Of a stretch of 64,000 bases of DNA, positions 18,681 to 29,007 are shown piece after piece. How positions within the stretch are numbered: position 1 is the first letter of the stretch; every line of letters starts with the position of its first letter. The notes beneath the pieces were generated by a model that was not told the origin of the DNA, searched no databases, and worked only from the letters and a program-made list of their open reading frames with translations. Source of the stretch: Terriglobia bacterium (GTDB taxonomy: Bacteria; Acidobacteriota; Terriglobia; 20CM-2-55-15); contig CAXWPJ010000007.1 of the NCBI GenBank assembly GCA_963664115.2, positions 40,732 to 104,731 on the forward strand. The letters run 5' to 3'. Position numbers and translations under genes: made by a program.

Positions 18681-18935
18681 GTGCCACCCATCCCGGCCGA
18701 CACCCCCTTAAGCAACGCACCCGCGTTATCAATCCATGGCACCATCGGGAACTTTGCCTATCGTGGACAGCGAATATCAAGTCTGCAGCAGATGTCCTCA
18801 GAGTCCGTGACGAAGCATTGGGCCGTGCTTAGCGACCGCTTGCATTCCGGCAATGACAGTTGCGACCGAGTCCCGTTTCTCAAGAAGCGATCTCTAGTGA
18901 TACAGAACAAATACGACTACAGTGAGGGCCCAAAG

Positions 18936-19133
18936 ATGACGATTACGAGAAATGAGAGCTCATCCGAGCATGGTGTGATGATGCGTTTATTGCGACAGCT
19001 GCTTTTTTTTGGCCTTCTGTTTGAAGGATTGGGAATGCTTTCCCTGAAAGTTTTGCTTGCCATTGTTGCAATTTGTTTGGCTATTGTTATGTGCGCTCAT
19101 TTTGTATGCAATCGCGACGTTAATTCCGCTTGA
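18936..19133 (+). CDS. Small hydrophobic hypothetical protein
   Basis: Two hydrophobic segments; no family recognised. Confidence 0.3.
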   Translation: MTITRNESSSEHGVMMRLLRQLLFFGLLFEGLGMLSLKVLLAIVAICLAIVMCAHFVCNRDVNSA

Positions 19134-19625
19134 TTCTCCTCTGCCGAGGTAATACCCTAAGCAACCTGTTCCGGAAACCATCGATACGATTTTCCTCTCT
19201 TCCGGTCTCGACAGCGTTCACTGCGACACGAAACGCTGGGTGCGACCCGAGGGGGTCCGTTGCTTCATCCGGCCCGACAAGTTCCAAGCTGATTTGATGA
19301 ACTTGCGGTTGTAGGATGGCTGTGTCGATTGACTGCAGTCTTAGCAGCATTCGAGTAGTGCAAGAGTTGGGGCACGAGTTTTTATCCGTACTTTCTCCCT
19401 TCGTAGTACCTCGATCGATGTATCCGGTTTCGTTAGAGCAGTAGGTGCGACGCGGCCAATCGGCGGCGGAGCGCCCACCGAACCCTTTCGAATGAGTGAT
19501 GGGGGACGTGATAGGGAACGGTTGAGGCGCAGTCGTTTTGAATAGCCCGTCATGCAGGAAGCTGACGCTCCCTTCGGCGGACCTCTATCCCGCACGCAGG
19601 GACACACCCCATTACTTGTTTGACG

Positions 19626-21074
19626 ATGCCGACAGCGACAATTCAAGTTCTGATTCTTGCCAGCGACAAGCGACTCGAAGAAGTCCTGACTGGAACACTC
19701 GCCGGGTGCGGGGTCAAAAGCGTCAGCGCTTCGATTCTTGAGGGTGCCGCGTTGCGCATCCAGGACGAATGTCCCGAGTTAATCCTCGCCGACCTCGACT
19801 CGACCGGAGCAGACGCCCTGGACTTGATCGCCGATCTGCGACAGTCGGACTTCGCGGGAACCATCATTGTGCTTGCGGGTAAAAGCTCGATGTTCCGCGC
19901 GTGCGAGGCACTGGAAAAAGGCGCCACCGGGTATCTCAGAAAACCCGTCGAGGCTTGGGAGCTCGCCCTGGCCGTTAAAGAATCGGCAGCCCGCTTTGAT
20001 CGTTCCCGGGAAAAAACGGCAGAAGACGCCACGGCCCAGATCTATGGGTCCAGTCCCGAGATCCAGACCGTCTTGAAAATTGTGGACCAGGTTGCGAGTC
20101 GGGACGACCACCTGACGTTGTTTGGAGAGGCGGGTTCCGGCAAGCGATTGATCGGCCGGTTGATCCATAGTTACAGCGAGCGCAAGCAGGCACGTTTCAT
20201 GAGTCTCGGCTGCTCGGGATTGAGTGAATCGGTAATCGATCGGGAACTGTTCGGTTACCGGGATCCACAGGGAGAGACTGCGGGCAAGCGACACGCCGGT
20301 TGTCTCGAGTTGTGTGAGGGTGGCACCGTGCTGCTCGACGAAGTTGGCAACCTGCCGCGACGGACACAGGAAAAGTTACTGCGATGCATGACGCGGCGGA
20401 GTCTCCACGTGGGCGGGCCGGTTGTCCGAACTTTCAACGTTCGAATTATCGCGACGTCGAGCCAGAATCTCGAAGAGAGAGTGCGTGCAGGTCGCTTTCA
20501 CCGGGAGTTCTTCGATCGCTTACAGAGTATCCAGATTCCTGTCCCCGCCCTGCGACAGCACCGATCAGACATTCCGATTCTGATCGACCAATATATCCGA
20601 AGTGCAGCCCGCATCGAGGGTAAGGTGCTCAATGGGGTGTCACCGGGAGCGTTGGCACGGCTGATGCAGTATGACTGGCCTGGAAACGTGCGTGAATTGA
20701 AGGACATGATCAGACATGCCGTCTCGGGTGCAGAGGGCCCGGTACTCGGTGATCAAGACCTCCCTTCGTTGCCCGAGCCTGTCGGATCCGGCCCGGATGT
20801 CATGGTTATGGGATCAACGATTCAGGAAGTCGAAAAAGAAGCAATTTTAGGTACGCTTGAAGCAGCGGGCGGATCGACAAGCCGGGCAGCGAAGATTCTT
20901 GAAATGAGCGTTCGCAAAATCCAGTACAAACTCAAGGAATACCGTCAGGAAGCGGCTACGGCCGTTCGCCTGGAAACAGTCCGAAGTGTTCCCCCGGCCC
21001 AGGCACCCCTATCAAAGAAGACCCTTCCCCTAAAAAAGACCGTTTTCGTGGCCCATTCAGATCGGCCGGAGTGA
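19626..21074 (+). CDS. Atypical NtrC-family regulator (REC-AAA+-Fis HTH) lacking GAFTGA
   Basis: GEAGSGK Walker A, ELFG, LLDEVG, WPGNVREL, C-terminal HTH. Confidence 0.9.
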   Translation: MPTATIQVLILASDKRLEEVLTGTLAGCGVKSVSASILEGAALRIQDECPELILADLDSTGADALDLIADLRQSDFAGTIIVLAGKSSMFRACEALEKGATGYLRKPVEAWELALAVKESAARFDRSREKTAEDATAQIYGSSPEIQTVLKIVDQVASRDDHLTLFGEAGSGKRLIGRLIHSYSERKQARFMSLGCSGLSESVIDRELFGYRDPQGETAGKRHAGCLELCEGGTVLLDEVGNLPRRTQEKLLRCMTRRSLHVGGPVVRTFNVRIIATSSQNLEERVRAGRFHREFFDRLQSIQIPVPALRQHRSDIPILIDQYIRSAARIEGKVLNGVSPGALARLMQYDWPGNVRELKDMIRHAVSGAEGPVLGDQDLPSLPEPVGSGPDVMVMGSTIQEVEKEAILGTLEAAGGSTSRAAKILEMSVRKIQYKLKEYRQEAATAVRLETVRSVPPAQAPLSKKTLPLKKTVFVAHSDRPE

Positions 21075-21224
21075 GCCGAGCCGCTCGAGGTTCCCCCTGC
21101 ATCCATTAGTCGCAGTCTGCGTACCTTTGCGGTCGCGAATCGCGAGACCGTCAGGCTCGCCCTCCGCATATGTGCCTGCCGGCATGGCTTTGGGCTAAGG
21201 TGGTCGACGTGCTTCGTGAGGGCC

Positions 21225-21488
21225 ATGTCTGCGTTTTCACACGGGACCCTGACCCCTGGGGACAGAACAAGTCCCCATTGGGTGCGTTGCCTTAGATGCG
21301 GTGCCCGCTTCGATGTATTCGGCGCCCCATGGTGCCCCTGTCGGTCCGGGCATAGAACGAAGCGGTGCCCGCACTGTGGGGAGTGTCTGTGTTCTCGACC
21401 GGAATATCAGGACCCGAATTATTGGGTGGATCCACCGGATGCATTCCGGAGGCACGGTTTCAAGGCCTTGCTGGTGTTTTACATCTGA
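21225..21488 (+). CDS. Small Cys-rich putative double zinc-binding protein
   Basis: CxxC...WCxC...CxxCxxCxC pattern. Confidence 0.65.
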   Translation: MSAFSHGTLTPGDRTSPHWVRCLRCGARFDVFGAPWCPCRSGHRTKRCPHCGECLCSRPEYQDPNYWVDPPDAFRRHGFKALLVFYI

Positions 21489-21510
21489 GGAAGGGTACGA
21501 CGCCCGGACC

Positions 21511-22419
21511 TTACTCTCGCACTTCGCGCGGCAGCGTTTGCCGCATCACGAATTCGCGCGCAATCGTATCGCCCTCAGGTCCTGCAACATGAAATCGGAA
21601 TCCGGGATTGTCCGCCTCTCCTGTCCGCTCCAGCGGATAGACACCTCGGAGATTTCTAAGCCGGAGTGTCGTTTCATACTGATGTTCTTCGAGGTTCCAG
21701 ACGAAGACTCGAATGCCGTCATACGCGATGTCCGATGCGGCATCGGAGCGCCGTTCGGCGACGACATACCAATCGATAAGGCCTGCAACAGGATCCTGGA
21801 CCTGACGGAGTTGCTGAACCGCAACGTAGGTACGGCCCTCCATAAACGGCAGCAGCGGTTCGGGGGCATCGAATTCGATCAGCTGGGAATAGACCCAACC
21901 GATTTCATTCTCCGATGGACGTACTTTGAACCAAACGTCGGTTGCGGTGCTTTCAGGTCGATCCGTCGTGCTGCGTTCGAGTACCTGGAGCGCGGTGCGA
22001 CGGCGCAGCCGTCGGATGATGTCGGTGTCACGGCCGGGAGCGAGCCTTAAATTGACTTCCTCGCTTGCCTGCGCCGTGTTCTGAATCGGCAGAGTTGAGG
22101 CTTCGGAAACACTCATCTGCATCGCTGCCATCGTGCGATCGCGAAGAATCGTGCTCTCATCCATCCAGCCTTCTAGCTGATCGCGGTCGCGAACGCGGTA
22201 CCATGTGCCCCGTTTCTCAAGGATTGCGACCCGTTCACCCTCATACAATGTATACATGGTGCGCGATGCAGAACTGGCGTCGACGCGCAGGGAAGTGTTG
22301 TCTCTTAAGACAGTGGCCTCGTCGATCGCAGGTTCCGGCTCAGGCAGGCACCCGGTGATCATGAAGCTGAGGCTGAGCCAAACAATCAAGATGTGACGCA
22401 TGCTGCGCATAGAATACAA
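21511..22419 (-). CDS. SH3b-domain lipoprotein
   Basis: ITGC lipobox; two SH3b repeats (LR....S...WYRVR...EGW; VNLR..PG...WFKV...GWV). Confidence 0.8.
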   Translation of the reverse strand: MYSMRSMRHILIVWLSLSFMITGCLPEPEPAIDEATVLRDNTSLRVDASSASRTMYTLYEGERVAILEKRGTWYRVRDRDQLEGWMDESTILRDRTMAAMQMSVSEASTLPIQNTAQASEEVNLRLAPGRDTDIIRRLRRRTALQVLERSTTDRPESTATDVWFKVRPSENEIGWVYSQLIEFDAPEPLLPFMEGRTYVAVQQLRQVQDPVAGLIDWYVVAERRSDAASDIAYDGIRVFVWNLEEHQYETTLRLRNLRGVYPLERTGEADNPGFRFHVAGPEGDTIAREFVMRQTLPREVRE

Positions 22420-22554
22420 GAGGAGCGCCCCTGGCCCACCACAAGAAAGAGGGCGATTGCTGAACTTGGCCCGGCTTTGGGGAACTTCGCCTAACGGGAA
22501 TCAAGCGACGCCTCTCGTTTCAAATTATATCTGCGATGGGCTAAAATTGGTCCC

Positions 22555-22821
22555 ATGACTGAAGCCGCAACGGATCCGCCGAAGGAATTTGAAGCCGCGC
22601 TCGGGCGCCTCGAAGAGATTGTGGGTTCACTGGAAGACGGTGAGCTTGGCCTGGAAAACGCACTGGAGCTCTTTGAAGAGGGAATCCGCCTGTCACGTTT
22701 CTGTCATGGCAAGCTGGAGCAGGCCCAACGCCGTGTTGAACTCCTGCTCAAAGACGCAGCCGGCGATGTCAAACCTGTCCTGTTTGACGCGGGAGCGGAG
22801 TCGCCGCACGAGCACGAGTGA
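22555..22821 (+). CDS. xseB: Exodeoxyribonuclease VII small subunit
   Basis: FE.AL.RLEEIV..LE.G.L.LE.AL.LFEEG. Confidence 0.95.
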   Translation: MTEAATDPPKEFEAALGRLEEIVGSLEDGELGLENALELFEEGIRLSRFCHGKLEQAQRRVELLLKDAAGDVKPVLFDAGAESPHEHE

Positions 22822-23711
22822 AGACTGCCAACGTCACATCTTTCTTCGAACAGACAGTGCCTGCGGTGGAAGAGACTCTGTTTCACATACTTCCTGCGGA
22901 AACCCGAGTTCCAACACAGCTTCACCTCGCGATGCGCTATAGCGTGTTTGCGGGTGGGAAGAGACTGCGTCCAGCACTCTGCGTTGCCGGCTATTCCGCC
23001 TTTCGTTCCGACTGGGAAAACGTTCTTCCCATTGCGGCATCGCTTGAATTAGTGCACACCTATTCCCTGATTCACGATGACTTACCGTCCATGGATGATG
23101 ACGATTTCCGCCGCGGGATGCCTTCCTGTCACCGGAAATTCGGCGAGGCGATCGCAATATTGGCCGGGGACGCATTGCTCACGCTCGCCTTCGAAACAAT
23201 CGCGCGTTCGGAGCGATTTTCTCCGGAGAAGATTCTTGCTGCCTGCGCCATGGTCGCTCAAGCGGCCGGCACACCGACAGGAATGATCGCTGGCCAGGTG
23301 CTCGATCTCGAAGCGGCCGGTACGGCAGTCGAGTCCGAACATCTCGACTTGATCCATCGCTCCAAGTCCGGGGCACTGATCGAGGCTTCGATCGTCCTCG
23401 GCGCTCACCTCGGTGAAGCCGGTCCCGATGAAATGCAACAGATTCGAGCGTACGGTCAGCACATCGGTCTTGCTTTTCAGATCGCGGATGACATTCTCGA
23501 CGAAACCGGGAAAGGGGAAGATCTGGGTAAGACGCCCGGCAAGGACCGCGACCAACGCAAGGCAACCTATCCGCTGATTCACGGTATTGAAGAATCTCGG
23601 CGGATGCTTCGCGAATTGACCGCGAAAGCGGCCGAGAGTGTCTCCCGAATCGGTGAGGGCGCCGGGTTGCTGGTGGAAATTGCGGATTACGTGGAGACAC
23701 GCTCCCATTGA
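22818..23711 (+). CDS. ispA: Farnesyl diphosphate synthase / polyprenyl synthetase
   Basis: GGKRLRP, HDDLPSMDDDD.RRG, FQIADDILD, GKT.GKD. Confidence 0.95.
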   Translation: MKTANVTSFFEQTVPAVEETLFHILPAETRVPTQLHLAMRYSVFAGGKRLRPALCVAGYSAFRSDWENVLPIAASLELVHTYSLIHDDLPSMDDDDFRRGMPSCHRKFGEAIAILAGDALLTLAFETIARSERFSPEKILAACAMVAQAAGTPTGMIAGQVLDLEAAGTAVESEHLDLIHRSKSGALIEASIVLGAHLGEAGPDEMQQIRAYGQHIGLAFQIADDILDETGKGEDLGKTPGKDRDQRKATYPLIHGIEESRRMLRELTAKAAESVSRIGEGAGLLVEIADYVETRSH

Positions 23712-24439
23712 TGAAAACGCGTATCGATAAACTTCTGGTTGATCGCGGACTGGTCGAGTCGCGTGAACGGGCGCGCGCACTGATCATGGCGGGCGACGTG
23801 CTTGTTGAAGACACGCCGGTTCGAAAAGCGGGCACGGGTGTGGATAGCCACGCGTCTGTGCGCTTGCGACGTCCACCACATCCCTTCGTGAGCCGAGGAG
23901 GAGTCAAACTCGATGGCGCCTTGGAAACCTTAGGCATCAACCCGAAAGGCTGGATTGCGGCCGACATCGGTTCTTCCACGGGCGGCTTCACGCATTGCCT
24001 CCTGCTCCGAGGTGCGCAACACGTGTATGCTGTCGACGTTGACCCCACTCAACTGGATTGGAAGCTCCAGACAGACCCGCGCGTGACGCAGATCGAAGGC
24101 AACGCGCGATACATGGAACCGCACTGGATTCCCGAACCTGTGGATCTGGTTACCGTGGACGTCTCATTCATCTCTCTGGACAAGATCCTGCCCGCTGTTT
24201 CCCCCACACTCGGTGAGGGAGCACGGTGCCTCGCCCTGGTCAAACCGCAGTTTGAAGTCGGAAGAGCGCATGTTCCCCGAGGTGGCGTTGTGACCGACCC
24301 GGTGTTGCACGATGAGGCCGTCGCTGCGGTGATTGCCCGGGCCGAAGAACTCGGCTTACGACATCGCGCCACCTGCCCTTCTTCGATTACCGGAAAAGAA
24401 GGCAACAGGGAGTTTTTTGTACTGTTGGTAAGACAATGA
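23711..24439 (+). CDS. tlyA: TlyA family rRNA 2'-O-methyltransferase
   Basis: S4 domain, VSRGG.KL, DIGSSTGGFT, DVSFISL, LVKPQFE, GNREF. Confidence 0.95.
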   Translation: MKTRIDKLLVDRGLVESRERARALIMAGDVLVEDTPVRKAGTGVDSHASVRLRRPPHPFVSRGGVKLDGALETLGINPKGWIAADIGSSTGGFTHCLLLRGAQHVYAVDVDPTQLDWKLQTDPRVTQIEGNARYMEPHWIPEPVDLVTVDVSFISLDKILPAVSPTLGEGARCLALVKPQFEVGRAHVPRGGVVTDPVLHDEAVAAVIARAEELGLRHRATCPSSITGKEGNREFFVLLVRQ

Positions 24440-25296
24440 AGATTGAAACTGTTGGCATTATCACGAAGCCGGGTGCGCCCGAAGTCGCCCAGGTGGCCGC
24501 GCGACTCACCGACTGGTTTTCCGAACGCAATGTTACGGTCCTCTTGGAGGCTGAAACTGCACAGCAAAGCGGCCGGGTCGCGTCCGGTGTGAGCGACGAG
24601 GAATTCGGCCATCGCCCCGATCTGGCCGTTGTTGTGGGAGGCGACGGAACTCTGCTGGCGGGAGCCCGCCTTCTTGCTGGCCGTGAGATACCGATTCTCG
24701 CTATCAATTATGGCGGACTGGGTTTTCTCACGGGCGTGACCATGCAGGAATTGTACACGGATCTGGAACGCGTCCTGGCAGGCGAATTCGTCAGTGAGCG
24801 CCGGATGATGATCGAGGTAAAGCAAAATCGTGGTGGAAGCCCGATCGCGTCACACCGGGCGTTGAACGACGTCGTCATCAACAAGGGCACGCCCGCCCGC
24901 ATGATCGAAGTGGAAGTCAGAGTGGATGACGAGTACATGGCCACCTTTCGTGCTGATGGCTTGATCGTCGCCACTCCAACAGGGTCCACGGCCTACAATC
25001 TTTCCGCCGGCGGGCCGATCGTCCACCCGAATTTGAACGCTGTTCTCATGACGCCGATCTGTTCGCACACCTTGACAAACCGCCCGATCGTACTTCCCGA
25101 GGGCGTTCGAATCGTTGTGATCTTTAATTCACAAGGTGAAGAGGGCGTTTATGCAACCGTGGACGGTCAGGTGGGTTTGTTGCTGGAAGGTGGCGATAAG
25201 CTGGAGGTTCGGGCCGCCCGGGAGCGAGTCCAGCTGATCGCTCCCCTTGGGAAGAGTTATTTCGATGTGTTGCGCGGGAAACTCAAATGGGGATGA
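24436..25296 (+). CDS. nadK: NAD(+) kinase
   Basis: GGDGTLL, LGFL, ALND, DGLIVATPTGSTAYNLSAGGP. Confidence 0.96.
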   Translation: MKIETVGIITKPGAPEVAQVAARLTDWFSERNVTVLLEAETAQQSGRVASGVSDEEFGHRPDLAVVVGGDGTLLAGARLLAGREIPILAINYGGLGFLTGVTMQELYTDLERVLAGEFVSERRMMIEVKQNRGGSPIASHRALNDVVINKGTPARMIEVEVRVDDEYMATFRADGLIVATPTGSTAYNLSAGGPIVHPNLNAVLMTPICSHTLTNRPIVLPEGVRIVVIFNSQGEEGVYATVDGQVGLLLEGGDKLEVRAARERVQLIAPLGKSYFDVLRGKLKWG

Positions 25297-25490
25297 GCTT
25301 GTTCCGACGTGGAAGGGAAGTGTTCCTTCGCCTGTCTCCGAATTCGCAAAACGACCAGTCCCAGGCACGCACCCGGGCTGCGGCAGTGTATCGACATGCC
25401 GACGATGCCGGGCTGCCTGCTATACTGCCGTCGCAACATCGGGTAAGCATGGGGCAGGGGTCGGTCTGGATCAGGAGGCATCGCTAAGAC

Positions 25491-25697
25491 GTGAAGGAAA
25501 AATCACCACGACAGACCGTTTGCAACGAGGCTGGAAGCACTCCCAAGAAACCTTACTGTGGTGGCAAACTCAAGCGAATCACGGAACTCGAGCCTGAAAT
25601 CGCCCAGGCTGCAGGCAAGGGCATGGATGTGCTCCGATGTCAGGTGTGCGGGGCCTTATACACCGAGGCGAGCCCGTACGCGGCTCTCAAGAGATAG
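25491..25697 (+). CDS. Small putative zinc-ribbon protein
   Basis: CNE......C.G.LK and RCxxCG.LY; GGAGG upstream. Confidence 0.55.
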   Translation: MKEKSPRQTVCNEAGSTPKKPYCGGKLKRITELEPEIAQAAGKGMDVLRCQVCGALYTEASPYAALKR

Positions 25698-25709
25698 GCC
25701 CGGTCCCCG

Positions 25710-26534
25710 TTATGCCGGTATAGGTGCTTCGTTGACGCGTCGGATGGCCCGGGAGACGGCGACTTCGATCAAACTTTGTTCGTAAGCGTCTGCTTCCAAC
25801 TCTGCCATTTCCAGCAGTTCGACTGCGGCGACTGCCGCGACCATCTTCACATTTTTGTCGTTCAGAGGCTTGCGGTTCAGGGCCCGTGAGGCTGCCGGCG
25901 CATGTACGGGGATGACCGTGGAACTGGACACGATGATTTCCGAATCCATCACCACGTTGCGCCGCAACCGTGTCTTCACAGAAGCGGACACTGTCGGTCG
26001 TCCGCCTCCGGGATTGACCCTGAAGAAACCAACGCGCCACTTGGGATCAAGCTTCGTGAATTCCACAGACGAGGGAAACTCGCCCGGATTCAAGCCGCTG
26101 GCCGCAGCCATGAGAAATTCCTTGATCGGTATCGTTTGATTGCCCGTAAGGGACTGCACGCGGACCGTGGCGCCCAGGTTTACCAGTGCGGTGGCCAGAT
26201 CGAAGTAGTGCGAATCGAGCAAAAGCGCCGCAAAAACAGTGACCCGGTTTCGGACAAGCGGGTTGGCCATCATGGATATTGCCTGCTTCAAGAGACCGTT
26301 TTCTCCCTTGACCTGCCTCAGGACTTCCCCGAAATGGGCCCCGGCGCCGATTTTGACTTTCGCGCCCCTGGAACTCACATTGTCAAACCCTCGAATGCGG
26401 CCGACGTTGATCAGCACTCTGTTGGAGACAGTCTTCGTGGCGTCGGCACTGGCGACGACGGACGCACGTTCACCGTGCTTCGCCAGAACGCGGGCTAAGC
26501 CTGTAAGTGTCTGTGGTATCTGTGTTTTCGGCAT
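25710..26534 (-). CDS. CoxM/XdhB-like FAD-binding subunit (divergent)
   Basis: IGAG, A.P.VRNR.T, D.A.AL...A.V; C-terminal CO dehydrogenase flavoprotein-like domain. Confidence 0.7.
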   Translation of the reverse strand: MPKTQIPQTLTGLARVLAKHGERASVVASADATKTVSNRVLINVGRIRGFDNVSSRGAKVKIGAGAHFGEVLRQVKGENGLLKQAISMMANPLVRNRVTVFAALLLDSHYFDLATALVNLGATVRVQSLTGNQTIPIKEFLMAAASGLNPGEFPSSVEFTKLDPKWRVGFFRVNPGGGRPTVSASVKTRLRRNVVMDSEIIVSSSTVIPVHAPAASRALNRKPLNDKNVKMVAAVAAVELLEMAELEADAYEQSLIEVAVSRAIRRVNEAPIPA

Positions 26535-26724
26535 TAGACTGTATCCAATCTGCAGGACGGAAAAACCGGTCGGATTCTAGAGATCACGGCGCCGAAAGTC
26601 AAGTCAAACCGGTATGTGTCGGGTATGAAGTGACTCCGGAGGGTCGGTCCGGCAGGCAACGAGGCCAGGTGAACGGTCCCTTTCCGACTTCTCTCTTCCC
26701 GGTACTGTTGCTACACTGTGCGGG

Positions 26725-27549
26725 ATGGAAGTCGATCTTTTTGATGAACTTGTGAGCTTGCGCCAGAAGGGCCAGAGAGCAGCGCTGGCGACGATCATCC
26801 AGGTTCAGGGCGCTGGGGTGTCAAGCTTTCAATCCGGAAAGATGTTGGTCCGGGAAGACGGTTCTGTCCTCGGGACAGTCGGTGGTGGTGCGGTTGAAGC
26901 GGATGTCTGGGCTGCGGCTCAGGAAGCAATCAAGGATGAGAAATCCCGCGTGTTGCGCTTCGACCTGAGCAATGACCCGATGGCCGACAGTGGACTCGTC
27001 TGCGGGCAAAAATTGGAGATATTCGTAGAGCCCGTGCTTCCCGTGCCGCGAATTGTAATTTTTGGCGCCGGCCATATATCCGTCCAGTTGTCGAAGATAG
27101 CGACTGTTGCCGGATTCAGGAGTTGGGTCGTCGACGATCGACCGCTCTATGCGAACGATGACCGTTTTCCTGAGGCGGAGCGCATTTTCGCCGACAGCTT
27201 CGAAAATACGTTTCCCCGGATTGAACCGGACCAGAACACCTATCTCATCATTGTGACGCGTGGACACCAGGACGATGAGAGCGTCCTGAGGTGGGGTGTG
27301 GACACCGATGCGCATTACATCGGAATGATCGGCAGCAAGAAAAAGATTCGAACAGTCGTCCGCAAATTGGAGTCCGAAGGCATCTCAGGGGAAAGACTGG
27401 GACGCGTTCACATGCCGATCGGTCTGGACATTGGAGCGATCGCACCCGAAGAAATAGCGGTGGCTATCGTGGCCGAAATGATTCATTACCGACGCCGGGG
27501 CCAGAAGCATCCGATCAGCAAGAAGACCTACGAAACAAGCCAATCCTGA
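26725..27549 (+). CDS. xdhC: XdhC/CoxI molybdenum cofactor maturation protein
   Basis: KMLV..DG...GTVGGG, CG, FGAGH, VTRGH..D, YIGMIGS, PIGLDIGA..PEEIA. Confidence 0.9.
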   Translation: MEVDLFDELVSLRQKGQRAALATIIQVQGAGVSSFQSGKMLVREDGSVLGTVGGGAVEADVWAAAQEAIKDEKSRVLRFDLSNDPMADSGLVCGQKLEIFVEPVLPVPRIVIFGAGHISVQLSKIATVAGFRSWVVDDRPLYANDDRFPEAERIFADSFENTFPRIEPDQNTYLIIVTRGHQDDESVLRWGVDTDAHYIGMIGSKKKIRTVVRKLESEGISGERLGRVHMPIGLDIGAIAPEEIAVAIVAEMIHYRRRGQKHPISKKTYETSQS

Positions 27550-27647
27550 TTGGCATTTATCAATGTCCGGTTAACCAATTCGTTTCATTTTACGTCCAAG
27601 ACGGTGATGTCTGTCCGTGCGAGAACCGGTCGAGGTGAACAAGTCCT

Positions 27648-28205
27648 ATGCGGATCTACACAAAATTTGGTGACCGCGGAGAAACCCGCCTCTTCGATGG
27701 CACGCGCGTTCCCAAGTCCAATATCCGTGTTGCCGCCTACGGAAACGTGGACGAACTGGCCTCGGTATTGGGAGCCGCGGCGGCCTTTATCGAGGATGAA
27801 CCGATCTGTGGGGTGTTGAACGATATCCAGAGGCAACTGCTGACGCTGGGAGCTCAGTTGGCCAACCCGCACTCGGACAATATCAACACTGCCCAAGGTG
27901 GGAATCCCGACAAGGCCCGGTTGGCAAAGGAGTCGGTGACCAACATGGAGGCCTGGATCGACGGCTATGAGGCAGAGCTTCCAGAACTTCAAAAATTTAT
28001 TTTGTCAGGGGGCGGGCCTGCTGGGGCTATGGTACACCTCGCCCGGACTGTTTGCCGCCGTGCGGAGCGCGGCGTGGTCAGTCTGGGTCAGGAAACATCC
28101 CTGGATCCGCTCATCATCGAGTATTTAAATCGACTTTCGGACTTCTTGTTCGTACTGGCCCGAACAGTCAATCACAGGGAAGGGATAAAGGAAATCCAAT
28201 GGTGA
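27648..28205 (+). CDS. pduO: PduO-type cob(I)alamin adenosyltransferase
   Basis: IYTK.GD.G.T.L, YG.VDEL, ARTVCRRAER, YLNRLSD. Confidence 0.93.
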   Translation: MRIYTKFGDRGETRLFDGTRVPKSNIRVAAYGNVDELASVLGAAAAFIEDEPICGVLNDIQRQLLTLGAQLANPHSDNINTAQGGNPDKARLAKESVTNMEAWIDGYEAELPELQKFILSGGGPAGAMVHLARTVCRRAERGVVSLGQETSLDPLIIEYLNRLSDFLFVLARTVNHREGIKEIQW

Positions 28206-28744
28206 AACGAATCGCTCTGGTTCTACTGGCAGTTGTCGTCGTGGCCTCGCCGGCCACGGCTCAGGACTTTTCATCACTCGACGTTTCATTTGGTTATGGC
28301 AACTACGGTGTCGAAGACCAGCCCGCGGGCCCTACGTCGTTAACAACCGACCGTGTGCACGGCTTCGCGATGCACACCACGTTCAACCTTATGAGTTGGC
28401 TTGGACTCGAAAACTTTACGGGTGCGTACGCGCTCAACAACGACGTGACCCTGATCACGAACACCTTCGGTGCAAAGCTGATTGCCCGTGACGTGCTTGA
28501 AGGGCGGATATCGCCGTATCTTGCAGGCGGGATCGGCGTGGGTTATTACACCAGCAATCAAACGGGTGGTGGCTTCAGTACAATGGCGGCCCGGTACGGC
28601 GGCGGGATCGACTTCAACTTGAACGGCGGCATGGCCATTCGTGTGGACGTCGGAGGCCTTGCGATGGGGAGCGGGTTGTTCACAAATGGATGGCGATCCA
28701 ATCTGAACGTCACGACTGGAATCGTTTTTAACCTTGGCGGTTAA
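28199..28744 (+). CDS. Outer-membrane beta-barrel protein
   Basis: Signal peptide (ATA-Q), amphipathic strands, PYL.GGIG, terminal G..F; start ATG 28199. Confidence 0.75.
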   Translation: MVKRIALVLLAVVVVASPATAQDFSSLDVSFGYGNYGVEDQPAGPTSLTTDRVHGFAMHTTFNLMSWLGLENFTGAYALNNDVTLITNTFGAKLIARDVLEGRISPYLAGGIGVGYYTSNQTGGGFSTMAARYGGGIDFNLNGGMAIRVDVGGLAMGSGLFTNGWRSNLNVTTGIVFNLGG

Positions 28745-29007
28745 ATCGCAACGAATACGGCCCAGTGAGAGGCGCCGAGCAAATAATTTGTGCGGCCACC
28801 GTCAATCTGATAGGCTCGTGGCGATTTGTGAGAGATTAGCCCGCCAACAGGCTCGCATCGGAGTGTCGACTGGAATGTTTCCGCGTTTCACCCTCACATG
28901 AGCGTGTCCGTTCGCAATAAGAGCAATATCTCTTGAATGACAACAGGCTAAGGTAAATTCCGGTCCGGACCGAGCGGTCCGCAGACCACAGGCAAGAGAA
29001 GGAATTC

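Noticed and set aside
19120-19646. Short minus-strand ORFs upstream of the NtrC-like gene
   Set aside because: No RBS or recognisable motif; cannot be supported as genes.
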